51,508 bases of DNA, taken from NCBI GenBank assembly GCA_039024555.1, contig JBCCQQ010000046.1:1-51508 (forward strand), written 5' to 3'. The translations under genes were made by a program, and so were the position numbers. The notes under the pieces are model-generated. The model searched no databases, was not told the origin of the DNA, and saw only the letters and a list, made by a program, of their open reading frames with translations. Source of the stretch: Cyanobacteria bacterium P01_D01_bin.156. GTDB lineage: Bacteria > Cyanobacteriota > Cyanobacteriia > Phormidesmidales > Phormidesmidaceae. Below, piece after piece: positions 8,320-19,162 of the stretch (position 1 is its first letter; each line of letters opens with the position of its first letter).

Positions 8320-10461
8320 CTATCCTTTGACGATGGCTCCAAAGTCGGCCAGTACCCGAGCATGGTTACGTAATAGTCCCAATAAATTAAGGCGATTTTT
8401 ACGAATGGCGGCATCGTCATCCATCACCATGACGCTGTTTTCGCCATCAAAGAATTCAGCCACAATGGGCGATGCCTGCTTCAGACCGTCGATCAGTTTT
8501 TGATAGTTGCGTTCTGCCTGGGCTGCCTTGGTTTGGGGCACCAGCTGCTGCAAGCTTTTGTAAAAGGCGTTTTCTGCAGGAGACTTGAACAAACTGGAAT
8601 CCACCAACCCTGCTGGGTCTAGGCTGGCGGTATCTAGGTCCCCTTTGGCGGCTAGTTTAGAAGCTCGATTGACGGTTTCATACACGCTGGCCAAGGTGCC
8701 ATTGGTGCGAATCTCTCGAAGGAAACGGGCGCGATCGCGGGCATCTAACAGATTGCTTAGCACCCGAGCCCGGTAGTCCAAGTCTTCCTCTCCGACTACA
8801 GCATTAATTAAGTCGTAGTCAATGGCTTCATCATCCTGGAGCAGGGTGCGTACCCGCTGCTCAAAGAAGAATTCTAGGTCCTGCTGTAGCTCAGAGGCAT
8901 TCACTCCGTCACGACCGGTGGCAAATGTGGTCGTAATCTCTTGCAACAGTGCCGCTAGATTCAGATCCAACCCACCGGCCCAGATGATGCTCACTACCGC
9001 ATTAGCGGCTCGACGGAGGGCAAAGGGGTCAGAGGAGCCAGTGGGCTTCATGCCCAGACTAAAGATGCTGACCAAGGTATCCAGGCGATCCGCCAAGCCG
9101 ACCACCTGGCCCGTCAAACTCTGGGGCAAACTGTCTCCGGCCCCCTTCGGCAAATAATGCTCAGAAATTGCCGTGGCCACGGCTTCTGGTTCCTGGCTAT
9201 GGCGAGCGTACTTTTCCCCCATGATGCCTTGCAGCTCTGGAAATTCGCCCACCATCTGGGTGACCAAGTCGGCTTTGCACAGTAATGCGGCCCGGTTAGC
9301 CAGGTCGGTTTGGGTGCTATCTAGGTTTAGCTGGGTTGCGATCGCGCCTGCTACCGCCACAATCCGGTCCACCTTTTGACGCATGGACCCCAACCGTTCC
9401 TCAAAGGTAACCATGTCCAGCTTGGGCAAATAGTCCGCCAGCGGCTGAGTACGGTCTGCATTAAAGAAAAACATGCCGTCGGACAGTCGCGCCCGAATCA
9501 CCCGACCGTTGCCCTCGGCAATGATGTCAGACTTCGCTGGGTCACCGTTGGAGATGGTAATAAAGTTGGGCAGTAGAGTCTCACCGGACTTGAGGGGAAA
9601 ATACCGCTGATGGCTTTCCATTTCCGTAATGGCGACTTCCAAAGGCAGCTCTAGAAACTCATCGTCGTACTTGCCCACCACCGCCGTGGGCCATTCCACC
9701 AGGTTGATGACTTCCTCTAGCAGGTCAGAATTAACAATTGCTTCGCCCTTAACAGATTTAGCCGCGTTCTCTACCTGTTTCGTAATAATTTTGCGCCGCT
9801 CGTCAGGGTCCACCTCTACATAGATAGACTTCATCGCCTCGACATACCCTGTCGCATCTTTAAGGGTTATGGGCTCAGGATGCAGCACGCGATGGCCTTG
9901 GGACACCCGACCACTTTCACAGGTTTCTGAACCACTAACTAGGGTAATGGGCAGTACCTGATCATTCATCAACGTCACCAACCAGCGCACCGGTCTAGGA
10001 AACCGCAGGTCACCATCCCCCCAGCGCATAAAGCGTTTACCTTCTAGACCCAAAATCCATTGGGGGATGAGTTCAGTCAAAATGTCCGTTGCTGGACGAC
10101 CTGCAATCTTCTGGGTAACAAAAACGAATTCGCCCTTCTTCGTTTCGCGAATTTCAAAGTCGTCTACGCTCACGCCACGGGACCGGGCAAACCCTTCCGC
10201 TGCTTTGGTGGGTTTACCATCCTTAAATGCCGCCTTTACCGAGGGGCCTTTCGCTTCTTCTTCTCGGTCGGGCTGGCGTTCTGGCAATCCATTTAGCACT
10301 AAAGACAGCCGACGAGGAGTGCCGTAGAATTCAATGCGCTCCGGCGTCAGCAGCTGCTCTTTTAGCTCTGCTGGTATTTTAGATTTCCACTGACTGAGGG
10401 CATCACTGACAAAGCTGGCTGGTAGGTCTTCGGTGCCGACTTCAAGTAGAAAGGTCGCCAT
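8320..10461 (-). CDS. glyS: Glycine--tRNA ligase beta subunit
   Basis: [20 protein letters not shown]...[38 protein letters not shown] at 10461. Confidence 0.97.
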   Translation of the reverse strand: MATFLLEVGTEDLPASFVSDALSQWKSKIPAELKEQLLTPERIEFYGTPRRLSLVLNGLPERQPDREEEAKGPSVKAAFKDGKPTKAAEGFARSRGVSVDDFEIRETKKGEFVFVTQKIAGRPATDILTELIPQWILGLEGKRFMRWGDGDLRFPRPVRWLVTLMNDQVLPITLVSGSETCESGRVSQGHRVLHPEPITLKDATGYVEAMKSIYVEVDPDERRKIITKQVENAAKSVKGEAIVNSDLLEEVINLVEWPTAVVGKYDDEFLELPLEVAITEMESHQRYFPLKSGETLLPNFITISNGDPAKSDIIAEGNGRVIRARLSDGMFFFNADRTQPLADYLPKLDMVTFEERLGSMRQKVDRIVAVAGAIATQLNLDSTQTDLANRAALLCKADLVTQMVGEFPELQGIMGEKYARHSQEPEAVATAISEHYLPKGAGDSLPQSLTGQVVGLADRLDTLVSIFSLGMKPTGSSDPFALRRAANAVVSIIWAGGLDLNLAALLQEITTTFATGRDGVNASELQQDLEFFFEQRVRTLLQDDEAIDYDLINAVVGEEDLDYRARVLSNLLDARDRARFLREIRTNGTLASVYETVNRASKLAAKGDLDTASLDPAGLVDSSLFKSPAENAFYKSLQQLVPQTKAAQAERNYQKLIDGLKQASPIVAEFFDGENSVMVMDDDAAIRKNRLNLLGLLRNHARVLADFGAIVKG

Positions 10462-10573
10462 GGGTGCGCTAAAAAAGGTCGAGTCAAAAACCTTAGTATT
10501 ATGGCAGGAATAAGGTTCTATGGAACGTTGGCTTATAGGGAAATCAAAGTTACTGCCACATGACTCCACATGA

Positions 10574-10918
10574 CTATTCTTTATCAGGTGGTTTTAGCAT
10601 TTGCCAAATGGCTGCATCGATCTCGACTAAATAATCTGATTCCAAATGTCCAATTTTTCGTAACAGTCGTTTGCGGTCAATCGACCGCAGTTGGAAAACC
10701 ATAGCAACGGATACTTTTGTTAAACCATTTTGTGCAGATGGTTCTATTTTGACAGTAAATGCAAAACGCATCGCCCGTAACGAGGATGTTACTGGGACAA
10801 CCATTAGCATTGGAGAGGAAACATCATCAGTTTGTACAGCAATGGCTGGGCGTTTACCTTTTTCTTCTCGCTGATCGGAAACCGGTAGTTAAACCAGAAA
10901 AATATCACCTCTAGCCAT
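10574..10918 (-). pseudogene. PemK/MazF-family toxin with in-frame nonsense codon
   Basis: ATG 10918 reads MARGDIFLV*LPVSDQREEKGKRPAIAVQ...VVPVTS...QLRSIDRKRL. TAA at 10889-10891 is codon 10. Confidence 0.85.
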
Positions 10919-11180
10919 TTTCTTTAGTCACTAGTTGCTCTTCAGTTGCTATCCAATCTTCATCGCTCGCAGCTTCCCAAAGGGCAATTTCTTCATCTAA
11001 ATCATCTTGCTCAGACTGATGAACACTCTCTGACAGTTGATGCCGATGCAGCAGAAACTCCACAAAATCCAATACCTGACGTTGTGTTTGCAAGGGAAGT
11101 CGTTGCAGCAACTGAACGATCGCATCGATTGTGGTTGAAGGTCCTACTCCTTGCACTGAGTTAAGAAGTCTATCGTCCAT
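10911..11180 (-). CDS. Putative antitoxin (DUF2281-like)
   Basis: LP...QRQVLDFVEFL motif, acidic tail, 8-nt overlap with the toxin start. Confidence 0.75.
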   Translation of the reverse strand: MDDRLLNSVQGVGPSTTIDAIVQLLQRLPLQTQRQVLDFVEFLLHRHQLSESVHQSEQDDLDEEIALWEAASDEDWIATEEQLVTKENG

Positions 11181-11266
11181 AACAGAAAACTACTAGCTCG
11201 GCATGTTTATCATTATGTCAGTTTTGGATTAGCTCACAGCTCTTTCCATTGAGCGTACACGTTTCC

Positions 11267-11461
11267 CTAGTCGGGAAATTTATCTAAGCAAAGCTGTCCA
11301 CCGACGCCCCAGTTTTCTTTTTTCACGTCTTCGATAACGACATAGATCGACGCCTCACTGCAGCCAGCAATGCGGGCTGTTTCGCGAGTCAGCACCTCTA
11401 CGAGCTCCCGTTTTTGTTCAACAGTGCGGCCAGGCAAAATTTCAACACGGATAATGGGCAT
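11267..11461 (-). CDS. 4-oxalocrotonate tautomerase family protein
   Basis: N-terminal catalytic Pro (MPII), GRTVEQKRELV, ENWGVGG, 64 aa. Confidence 0.92.
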   Translation of the reverse strand: MPIIRVEILPGRTVEQKRELVEVLTRETARIAGCSEASIYVVIEDVKKENWGVGGQLCLDKFPD

Positions 11462-11508
11462 GGTCCTTGACTCTGGGTAATAAGAAGTAAGAGGTTTGTC
11501 ACAGTTGG

Positions 11509-12165
11509 CTACGACTTCACCGCATTTTGTCTGATGGCTTGAATAAACTCCAGAATCTTGCTGGGGATATCTGGAAAGAGTGAGTTGACCTTTTTGAAAA
11601 TGTTGTGGACTCCTTCACTACCTCCGGCAATCAAGCCCGCTGTGAGGATAATGTCTAACCCTCGGAAAAGGTATAGCCGAAAGATTTCGAAAATTGAATT
11701 GGGTGTGGGAAAAACAATGACGGACTCTAGCGATCGCATCCCGACCAAACCAATTAAAACTCCAAATACAATAGCTGTCTGCAACAGACGTTGACGAGTA
11801 TTATTTCTATACACCCGAAGACTTGCTTCGGACTCAAAGAGACGGCTTTGTATGCTTTGAATATTGTCGGTTGAAGATATATTGTCGCCTTTCTCAAGCA
11901 GTGTTTGCAATTCCAGCTGAGAATACTCTACCTGTGTTACCAAACGTTCTTTTTCTGGCGAAAAATAGAAGAGTTTATAGACCTCTAAGGCACGCTCTAG
12001 AAAAAGAGCAACAACAATTAAGACCGTAAGCTGTTGTAGGATAAGCTCAACAACTGAAGATTTCAATGTAGGGGGAGCCATCGGCAGCAATATATAAGCC
12101 AAGCTGCCTCCCAACACGGTATATGTCCCATAACCTACAAACTTTAATAGGGATTCATGCCCCAT
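11509..12165 (-). CDS. Hypothetical membrane protein
   Basis: 218-aa ORF with about 4 hydrophobic segments and an 'LTAGLIAGGSEGVH' motif. Confidence 0.7.
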   Translation of the reverse strand: MGHESLLKFVGYGTYTVLGGSLAYILLPMAPPTLKSSVVELILQQLTVLIVVALFLERALEVYKLFYFSPEKERLVTQVEYSQLELQTLLEKGDNISSTDNIQSIQSRLFESEASLRVYRNNTRQRLLQTAIVFGVLIGLVGMRSLESVIVFPTPNSIFEIFRLYLFRGLDIILTAGLIAGGSEGVHNIFKKVNSLFPDIPSKILEFIQAIRQNAVKS

Positions 12166-12300
12166 AGACTTCCCCCCAAATAAAATGCTTTCTAGAGCAT
12201 TCCATTTTTATTTCTAAGTGTCCATATTTGCTGTTAATTATTCACTTTACAGAGCAGCAATAACTCTTAGTAAATCGGCATCTTTGTTTCTATGAAGCAC

Positions 12301-13278
12301 CTAATTGATATAGCCATCACCCCAGGCTGTCTGACCGGCGGCAGTTTCTTTAGGGGCATTTGCTTTGGGTGCGGCTTCCCTCGCTTCGGTAAAGCGATTG
12401 GTAGAGATACAATCCACCCCTTTAGGTAGAACAACATTGGATTTGTAGTAGCAAACAAACTGTCCATTAATCAGGCCAGAAATCTGACTAAAGTTTGTAT
12501 TAGATACCTCAATTCGCCTATCTCCATCGGCAAAGATAGCGCCTTGAAAATCTCCCCTATAGGCAAAATTTTCACCCCGGAGACAATGAAACTTTGCACC
12601 GACCAAATAACTATGGTTAAAGTTACTGTTCTTAGCGGTAATGGTAGAACTTAAGTCACAGCCTGCTAAATTAGCTCCTATAAAACTCGCACCGGAGACA
12701 TCAGCGCCATTAAAATTGCATTTAGCTAGGTTGGCTCCTGTAAAGTTACAGCCCTTCAGGTCAGCGGCTATAAAACTGGAACCTTGCAAATTACAGCCGG
12801 TAAAGTCAGTGCCGCTTAGATCTGCCTGCTTAAAACTACTGCCGGAAAGATTGGGTCCCTGGCCGACGGTATCTGGTGAGTATTGGGTTACTGGTTGTGC
12901 AATGGTCTGTATCACCTGGAACTTGTAGCCCCGCTGTTGTTCTCCTACCAAAATAAATTGGCTATTGTGAATACGTGTGGGGTGGGCATCATCCGATGCA
13001 TCGGCATTTAACCCAGGGTAGTGACCAATAAAGGTTACCTCAGTGGCATTAGCCCCTGAAATCACAACGTTTTGATGTGCTCCATCGGGAGCAAATGACG
13101 TATATAGAGGATCGCGATCAATGTGTCCTCCCAGAACGAAGTTTTGAGTAAGGGCAGCCCCGGCTAAACTCACACCGCTATTTTCCAAAACGATTAATTT
13201 CTTAGGGCCATAGTCAGCCTGAGCCTGGGGTTGAACTACATTAATAGGATTTAATTTTAGTGATTCAGGGGTTTGCAC
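12301..13278 (-). CDS. Pentapeptide repeat-containing protein
   Basis: A(D/N)LxG pentapeptide repeats from about aa 140-260, with an unrecognised N-terminal region. GTG start. Confidence 0.85.
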   Translation of the reverse strand: MQTPESLKLNPINVVQPQAQADYGPKKLIVLENSGVSLAGAALTQNFVLGGHIDRDPLYTSFAPDGAHQNVVISGANATEVTFIGHYPGLNADASDDAHPTRIHNSQFILVGEQQRGYKFQVIQTIAQPVTQYSPDTVGQGPNLSGSSFKQADLSGTDFTGCNLQGSSFIAADLKGCNFTGANLAKCNFNGADVSGASFIGANLAGCDLSSTITAKNSNFNHSYLVGAKFHCLRGENFAYRGDFQGAIFADGDRRIEVSNTNFSQISGLINGQFVCYYKSNVVLPKGVDCISTNRFTEAREAAPKANAPKETAAGQTAWGDGYIN

Positions 13279-13610
13279 CTACTTGAACTCCAATTTCTGT
13301 GACTGCAAAAGAGCATTGCTGAGTAAGCATCTGAGCACAGAACAGTCAGCAACACCGAAGAATATCGGGCCTCACACATACGGCGATGATACCGATATAT
13401 TTGGGATTGTAACCATAGATTTACGGATTCTTACCCCGGCTCAATATAAAATCTCAGAAACATTGACTACATAAAACTTTCGGGAGCTACGGTTCTCAAA
13501 GGCCAAGCTCGTGTGCTAAGCAATGTGTCGCGCGATTGAGTCGTTAGCCTAAAGTTCTTAAAGACAGACGTTTGAATGAGTTCAGATCTGATTGTTTGCA
13601 GCACCACAGG

Positions 13611-16535
13611 CTAGATAACAGCAAACTGAACAACCATATCGTTAAAGTCTCGGTCTCCTAAATTGCCCAGGTCTTCAAATCCAAAGATATTGTCGCCTAG
13701 GAGCTTGGCATGGTCGTTGTTGTTGTTATTGGCACCAGCGTGGCTAAAGAATACGTCGCCAGTATTTGGATCATTGCCGCCTGCCACCAAAAACATACTT
13801 AAGAAGTTGCCACTTTCTAGCGTCGCAGTAACCGTATTAACCTGACTATTTTCTCCACTCAGCTGCACACCTTCTACACGATTGGCAAGGGCAGCTTCTC
13901 TATAGCCTGCATCTCCAGGACGCAAAATAGTATCTGTTAAGGGGTCTCGAATACCGCCATCGGCAAAGGTAGTGGTGTAAAGCCCTACGGTACTATCCAT
14001 GGCTGCACTACGGTACACCTGAAATTCCACATTTACTAATCCTGTTTGGCCAGTGAGGTCAATGGTTGTGGCATCCCCTACTAATAAATTTGTAGTATTG
14101 GTTTGGGTAAATGTCTCGGCGATCAGCTGAGTGCCGTCACCAAAATCAAGGGCAATTTGAGTATCGCTAACGGCTCTGGGGGTGGCTTGTCGGATTGTTC
14201 CGTCTACCACCAGTTCAAATTCTAAAAACTGTCCTTCCGTCACTCGGCTGTTGTCGATGCTAAAGGTGGGAGCATAGGCATCTGGCAGTTGACCTCCCTC
14301 CAGAATTGAAAAGTTAGCAATCTGTTCACGACCGGTGGCATCGACACTAAAGATGCGAATCTCTCCTACCGCATCGATATTGACCTGTTCTATCTGTAAA
14401 CGTACCGTATTGGCGTTACCTAAGCCGGTTACCTCTAACCCTGACACAGGGGTAAGTTTAGCCGGATTGCTAGATGAGATAGCATCGTTGTCAAGGGTGT
14501 AGGTCTCATCGATATCGGGCTCTTGGAAAGGTAACGAATTTCCTACCGTATCCTCAATGTTTTGGTTACTGGCCAGGTCCAGACCAACGGTACCCTCAAA
14601 ATTGGCAAGATTTCCACCGGCGACGGTAATGTCATAGGCTGTGGACCCAACGGGGGTGATATCAGTGATGGTAGCGGTTGTACCCCCCGTTACTTCAAAG
14701 TCAGCGGCATCAATATTGAGGATACTCTTATCAAACGTAATTCTAAAGACCACACTGTCGGCGGATGTGGTTTCTGCTGTGGGTGTTTGTCGAGTAATAC
14801 TTAATAAATTGGGAGCCAGATCTCGATCAAAGGCAGTAACAGCCCCATCCTCAAACCCGGTAACAAACACCTTTTGCTGGTTGGGGCTAGCGGCTGCACT
14901 CACGGCCACACCCAAAGCTCCAGCTAGCTCATTGGCACCATTCCCGTCTTGGTCCTGAATCACCTGGCGAAAGGTTAAGCGCCCAGCGGTATTGCGATCA
15001 AAGACTGTAATACCATTTTCAGCAAAGCTGGCTACAAACACTTGTGTCCCATCGGGGCTAATGGTGACCTCACTAAACCCATTGATGGCAGGCACGCCGG
15101 TAATACCAGTACCGGCGAAGATATCGCTATCTCCACCGAAGAGTTCAGCACCATTTTCCCCATCACGAATGACTTGAGCAAAGCTGAGGGTGCCATCGGC
15201 TAAGCGATCAAACACAGTGATGGCGGCATCGGTAGCACTGGCCACATATACCTGGTTGCCATCGGGGCTAACGGCTACGCTGGAGGCTCCAAATAGGTCT
15301 TGAGCATCGCCGTCACCGTCCTTAATGGCTTGGCGAAAGGTGAGATTGCCAAACTCATCTCGATCAAAAACAGTAATGGCTCCGCTTTGGCTGGCGACAA
15401 ATACCTGATCCCCGCTGGGACTGACGGCCACACCGGCTGCACCTTCTAGCTGATCTACACTGCCTTCGCCGTTTTTAATCACCCGTCTTTGGGTTAGGCT
15501 GCCAGACTCGTCCCGGTCAAAAACAGTGAGGGCCTGATCCGTCAGACTGACTACAAATACCTGGGAGCCATCGGCACTAACGGCAACATCAACGGCTCCA
15601 TTGAGGCCATCGACCTCTCTATCATTGGGATCAAGACGGGTATTTCTCAGCAGCTGTTGTTCTTCTAAATCACCGGCATCATCGAAACCAAAAACACTGA
15701 GGCTGCTATCTCCGGTGCTGGCGACAAATACCTGAGAGCCATCGGGGCTAACGGTAATGCCAAAGGCCCCTGCCAATAGCTCTGAGCCTGAAATCTCTCC
15801 GACATCCGACCCATCGCGAATGGTCTGGCTAAAGGTAAGATTGCCAGCACCATTGTGGTCAAATACAGTGACGGCTGACTCCACCGCACTGGCGACAAAT
15901 ACCTGGGAACCATTGGGGCTAACGGCTACACCCGCCGCTCCAAACAGTCGATTGGAGTCTTCATTTTGTCCATCAAAGGTGCCGTCTTTAATATCGTCTT
16001 TAAAGGTGAGTACCAGGGTGGACGCATACTGTTCTAGCATCGCTGGCTGAAATGTTTGCACAGCGATGGGGGGCCATTGTCCATTACCCACCGCTGTGGC
16101 TGCAGCGGTAACAACGGTGCCTGTCACCTTTGCCAAGGTTTCTATAAATTCTGCTCCGGCATCCCCTGCAGCCACATGACAGGCCAACAAATTGAGCTGG
16201 GGAACATCGGTATTTCTGAACCAGCTGGCAAGGTGAGGCCTATAGCTATCGAGATTACCCAGCTCCAGATTGTTCGCCCCTAGCTGCAGCCCACCAGGAA
16301 ATCCATGGGCTACTAAAGTCAGCGATACGGTTGGCTGTTGGTATAGAAGCTCGCTAATTTGCTCAATGCCATCTCGGTTAGGCTCCAAAATATGAGCGGT
16401 GATACCGGGACGCAGCCCTGCTAGCAACAGGGGTAAATTGTCCAAACGACTGTCAAAAATGACTAAGGCTGTTTCGTCAACGGGGGACTTATGCTCAAAG
16501 GGTGGCCGATTTGCCGACATAGCAGGAGTGGACAT
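13611..16535 (-). CDS. DUF4347 + lactonase-type beta-propeller + Ig-like + DUF4114 protein
   Basis: N-terminal LVAHGFPG...LLACHVAAGDAG (DUF4347), about 7 'VAVSPDGSQVFVAS' blades, C-terminal FGFEDL...DRDFNDMVV (DUF4114). Confidence 0.85.
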   Translation of the reverse strand: MSTPAMSANRPPFEHKSPVDETALVIFDSRLDNLPLLLAGLRPGITAHILEPNRDGIEQISELLYQQPTVSLTLVAHGFPGGLQLGANNLELGNLDSYRPHLASWFRNTDVPQLNLLACHVAAGDAGAEFIETLAKVTGTVVTAAATAVGNGQWPPIAVQTFQPAMLEQYASTLVLTFKDDIKDGTFDGQNEDSNRLFGAAGVAVSPNGSQVFVASAVESAVTVFDHNGAGNLTFSQTIRDGSDVGEISGSELLAGAFGITVSPDGSQVFVASTGDSSLSVFGFDDAGDLEEQQLLRNTRLDPNDREVDGLNGAVDVAVSADGSQVFVVSLTDQALTVFDRDESGSLTQRRVIKNGEGSVDQLEGAAGVAVSPSGDQVFVASQSGAITVFDRDEFGNLTFRQAIKDGDGDAQDLFGASSVAVSPDGNQVYVASATDAAITVFDRLADGTLSFAQVIRDGENGAELFGGDSDIFAGTGITGVPAINGFSEVTISPDGTQVFVASFAENGITVFDRNTAGRLTFRQVIQDQDGNGANELAGALGVAVSAAASPNQQKVFVTGFEDGAVTAFDRDLAPNLLSITRQTPTAETTSADSVVFRITFDKSILNIDAADFEVTGGTTATITDITPVGSTAYDITVAGGNLANFEGTVGLDLASNQNIEDTVGNSLPFQEPDIDETYTLDNDAISSSNPAKLTPVSGLEVTGLGNANTVRLQIEQVNIDAVGEIRIFSVDATGREQIANFSILEGGQLPDAYAPTFSIDNSRVTEGQFLEFELVVDGTIRQATPRAVSDTQIALDFGDGTQLIAETFTQTNTTNLLVGDATTIDLTGQTGLVNVEFQVYRSAAMDSTVGLYTTTFADGGIRDPLTDTILRPGDAGYREAALANRVEGVQLSGENSQVNTVTATLESGNFLSMFLVAGGNDPNTGDVFFSHAGANNNNNDHAKLLGDNIFGFEDLGNLGDRDFNDMVVQFAVI

Positions 16536-16922
16536 AGGAGCTTCTATAGGAGGATGAATATAGTGGTGGATTTACCTATTCACCTGTCCAAGTCCCTGGG
16601 AAAGTATCCGTATGCGGTTTGGGTAATCGGGCAAACAATACTAAACGTTTATTTATCTTTATAGGACCCACAAGATTGCTATAGCACTGCCGCTAGCAAA
16701 CGCTATAGCGGCAACAATAAGGGGCTAGTCGATGGTGGAGAGTGGGATATCAACAACGGCTATGGTTAATGCTAAGTAAAAATGCTTAATTCCCCATAGT
16801 TAACTAGAGAGAGCTTGGACAACAGCGTTTTGTTTTTGTGAAGGAGATTTTGACATTCTTTTAGGCTCAGAGTGCCTGAGTATTTGCTATATGATGTAGC
16901 CTGACCACGGTATTTGTTCACT

Positions 16923-18536
16923 ATGCATAGCGTTCTATCTCACTACCACGGGTTTTTGCCAAGCGTTTTGGCTGCCGCTGCTGAAACAGCGATGGAAAAT
17001 GACGCCATCGAAGAAAATTTACGTCAGTTTTTGTTGGTGCTGTCGGTTTCTCTAGGGGTGGCCACTCTATCGCGGGTGGTAAGCTGGCTGCGCAACATTC
17101 CCTATACCCTACTGCTATTGCTGGTAGGGCTCGGTCTGGCGGTGCTCAATGTGCGCTTAGTCAATCTGTCGCCGGAGCTGATTTTATTTATCTTTTTGCC
17201 GCCCTTACTCTTTGAGGCAGCCTGGAATATTAAGTGGTCAAATCTTAAACGAGATTGGATACCAATTGTCCTCTACGCGGTGATCGGGGTTGTCATCTGT
17301 ATTGGTGGCCTGCTGTGGGGGTTAATCAACATAGCAGGAGCTTCTCTAGCAACGGCACTGTTGGTGGGGGCCAGTCTATCGGCGACAGACCCGGTCTCGG
17401 TGGTGGCCTTGTTCCGAGAGCTGGGGGTAAATAAACGACTGACCACCCTAATGGAGGGAGAAAGTTTATTTAATGATGGGGTGGCGGTTGTTGCTTTTAA
17501 TCTGGTGCTGGGGATTGCCCTGGGTCTAGAACAGTTTGATCTATCCGTGACGGTGGCCCAGTTTTTAGTGTTTACCGGTATCGGGGTGAGTGTGGGAGCC
17601 CTGATTGGATTTGGTATTTCGTTTTTGACCCAGCGGTTTGATTTACCGCTGGTGGAACAGTCGCTGACCCTGGTATCCGCCTATGGCACATACATTGTGG
17701 CGGAGGAATTAGGAGGCTCAGGGGTAATTGCTGTGGTAACGACTGCCCTAATTTTAGGAAACTTTGGATCGCGTATTGGTATGAATCCGCGTACGCGGCT
17801 GGTGGTGTCAGAATTTTGGGAGTTTTTGGCCTTTTTTGTTAACTCCATTGTGTTTTTGCTGATTGGCGACCAGGTGCAGTTTAGTAGCCTGAGCAATTAC
17901 ACAACCTCCATTGCTATTGCGATCGCAACCATGTTGCTGGCCCGTCTAGTGAGCGTGTTTGGACTTAGTTTCTTTAGCAACATGATCACCCCCGACAACG
18001 AAGACATTAGCTGGCAAGGCCAGACCGTACTTTGGTGGGGCGGTCTACGGGGATCGGTCTCTGTTGCCCTGGCCCTGAGTGTGCCAGCGGCGTTAGCCGA
18101 GCGAGAAGAGATTATTGCCACCGTCTTTGGCGTCATGCTCTTTACCCTGTTAGTACAGGGCCTGACCACCAAACCCCTATTAGAAAAACTCGACCTGCTG
18201 GGGGATCAGCCCCTGCGGCAAAAGTATACCCAAGGTATTGCTCGACGGGTGGCCCTAAACCGAGTGATTACCCGCATCAAAGAACTCATGGACCGCCAGG
18301 AAGTCGATGCTGAATTTGGCCGTTATCAGCTAGCCCTCGTAGAAGGTCAGGTGAAAAAGCTACAGGAAGAAATGCAAAAAATGCAGACTAATAATCCTGA
18401 GGTACAGTCATTTGCAGCAGAACAAATCAAAGAGGAACTGTTGGCCATCGAGTCGGACACCTATGCCGAATTTATTCGAGCCGGGCAGCTCAAAGACGAG
18501 CTAGCTCCTCTTCTACAGGATGTGTTAACGGATTGA
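16923..18536 (+). CDS. CPA1-family Na+/H+ antiporter (NhaS1/NhaP-like)
   Basis: IFLPPLLFEAA, SATDPVSV, LMEGESLFNDG, WGGLRGSV. The start could alternatively be 16992. Confidence 0.93.
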   Translation: MHSVLSHYHGFLPSVLAAAAETAMENDAIEENLRQFLLVLSVSLGVATLSRVVSWLRNIPYTLLLLLVGLGLAVLNVRLVNLSPELILFIFLPPLLFEAAWNIKWSNLKRDWIPIVLYAVIGVVICIGGLLWGLINIAGASLATALLVGASLSATDPVSVVALFRELGVNKRLTTLMEGESLFNDGVAVVAFNLVLGIALGLEQFDLSVTVAQFLVFTGIGVSVGALIGFGISFLTQRFDLPLVEQSLTLVSAYGTYIVAEELGGSGVIAVVTTALILGNFGSRIGMNPRTRLVVSEFWEFLAFFVNSIVFLLIGDQVQFSSLSNYTTSIAIAIATMLLARLVSVFGLSFFSNMITPDNEDISWQGQTVLWWGGLRGSVSVALALSVPAALAEREEIIATVFGVMLFTLLVQGLTTKPLLEKLDLLGDQPLRQKYTQGIARRVALNRVITRIKELMDRQEVDAEFGRYQLALVEGQVKKLQEEMQKMQTNNPEVQSFAAEQIKEELLAIESDTYAEFIRAGQLKDELAPLLQDVLTD

Positions 18537-19162
18537 CCCTTCAAATTAGCCGTCGCTGATTGGGCGTATGAAACGATCTACAAAACAGGCTGTGGGTCAG
18601 TCTTGTCTGCAGAACATCATATCGAGGATCAGCAACGTCTTCATTGGCTGAGGCCGCCGGAACTCAACCCGGTTATCTATCGTCCATTGTTGTCAACTCT
18701 AAGTGATTGGATGGGCAGTCTATAGATTGTCTTACATCTGCTCCAATGCTGTGTCCCCCAACTAGCCTATGCCGCAAACCTATGCCACGGAACGTTTACA
18801 GTACGTTACTATTACCTCAAAATTCTAAGTATGTTTTTATTCCTAAAGCTCTGACGATATTAATTTCGATTGAGTCAGGATTATCGTTATTTAAGTTTGT
18901 ATATGGTGCTGGTGTGTAGGGCATTGGGACAGTGCTGGTCTGAATATCAGGGCCATTTCTCAGTAATTTAACCTAGGGGTCTGAGAAAGCCTGATACCAG
19001 GGATTAGCAATGTTAGGAATGTTTTGTGACGCACGCTATGGAATTCCATAAGTGCTTTAAACTGATACCGGTTGACCCTAGTTCTTCTAGTTGTGTCGGA
19101 ATGCCTTGCCCACGGTGGCATGATCACTATCCAGCCAGTTGGTCCCAATTGTAGGAGTTTGT

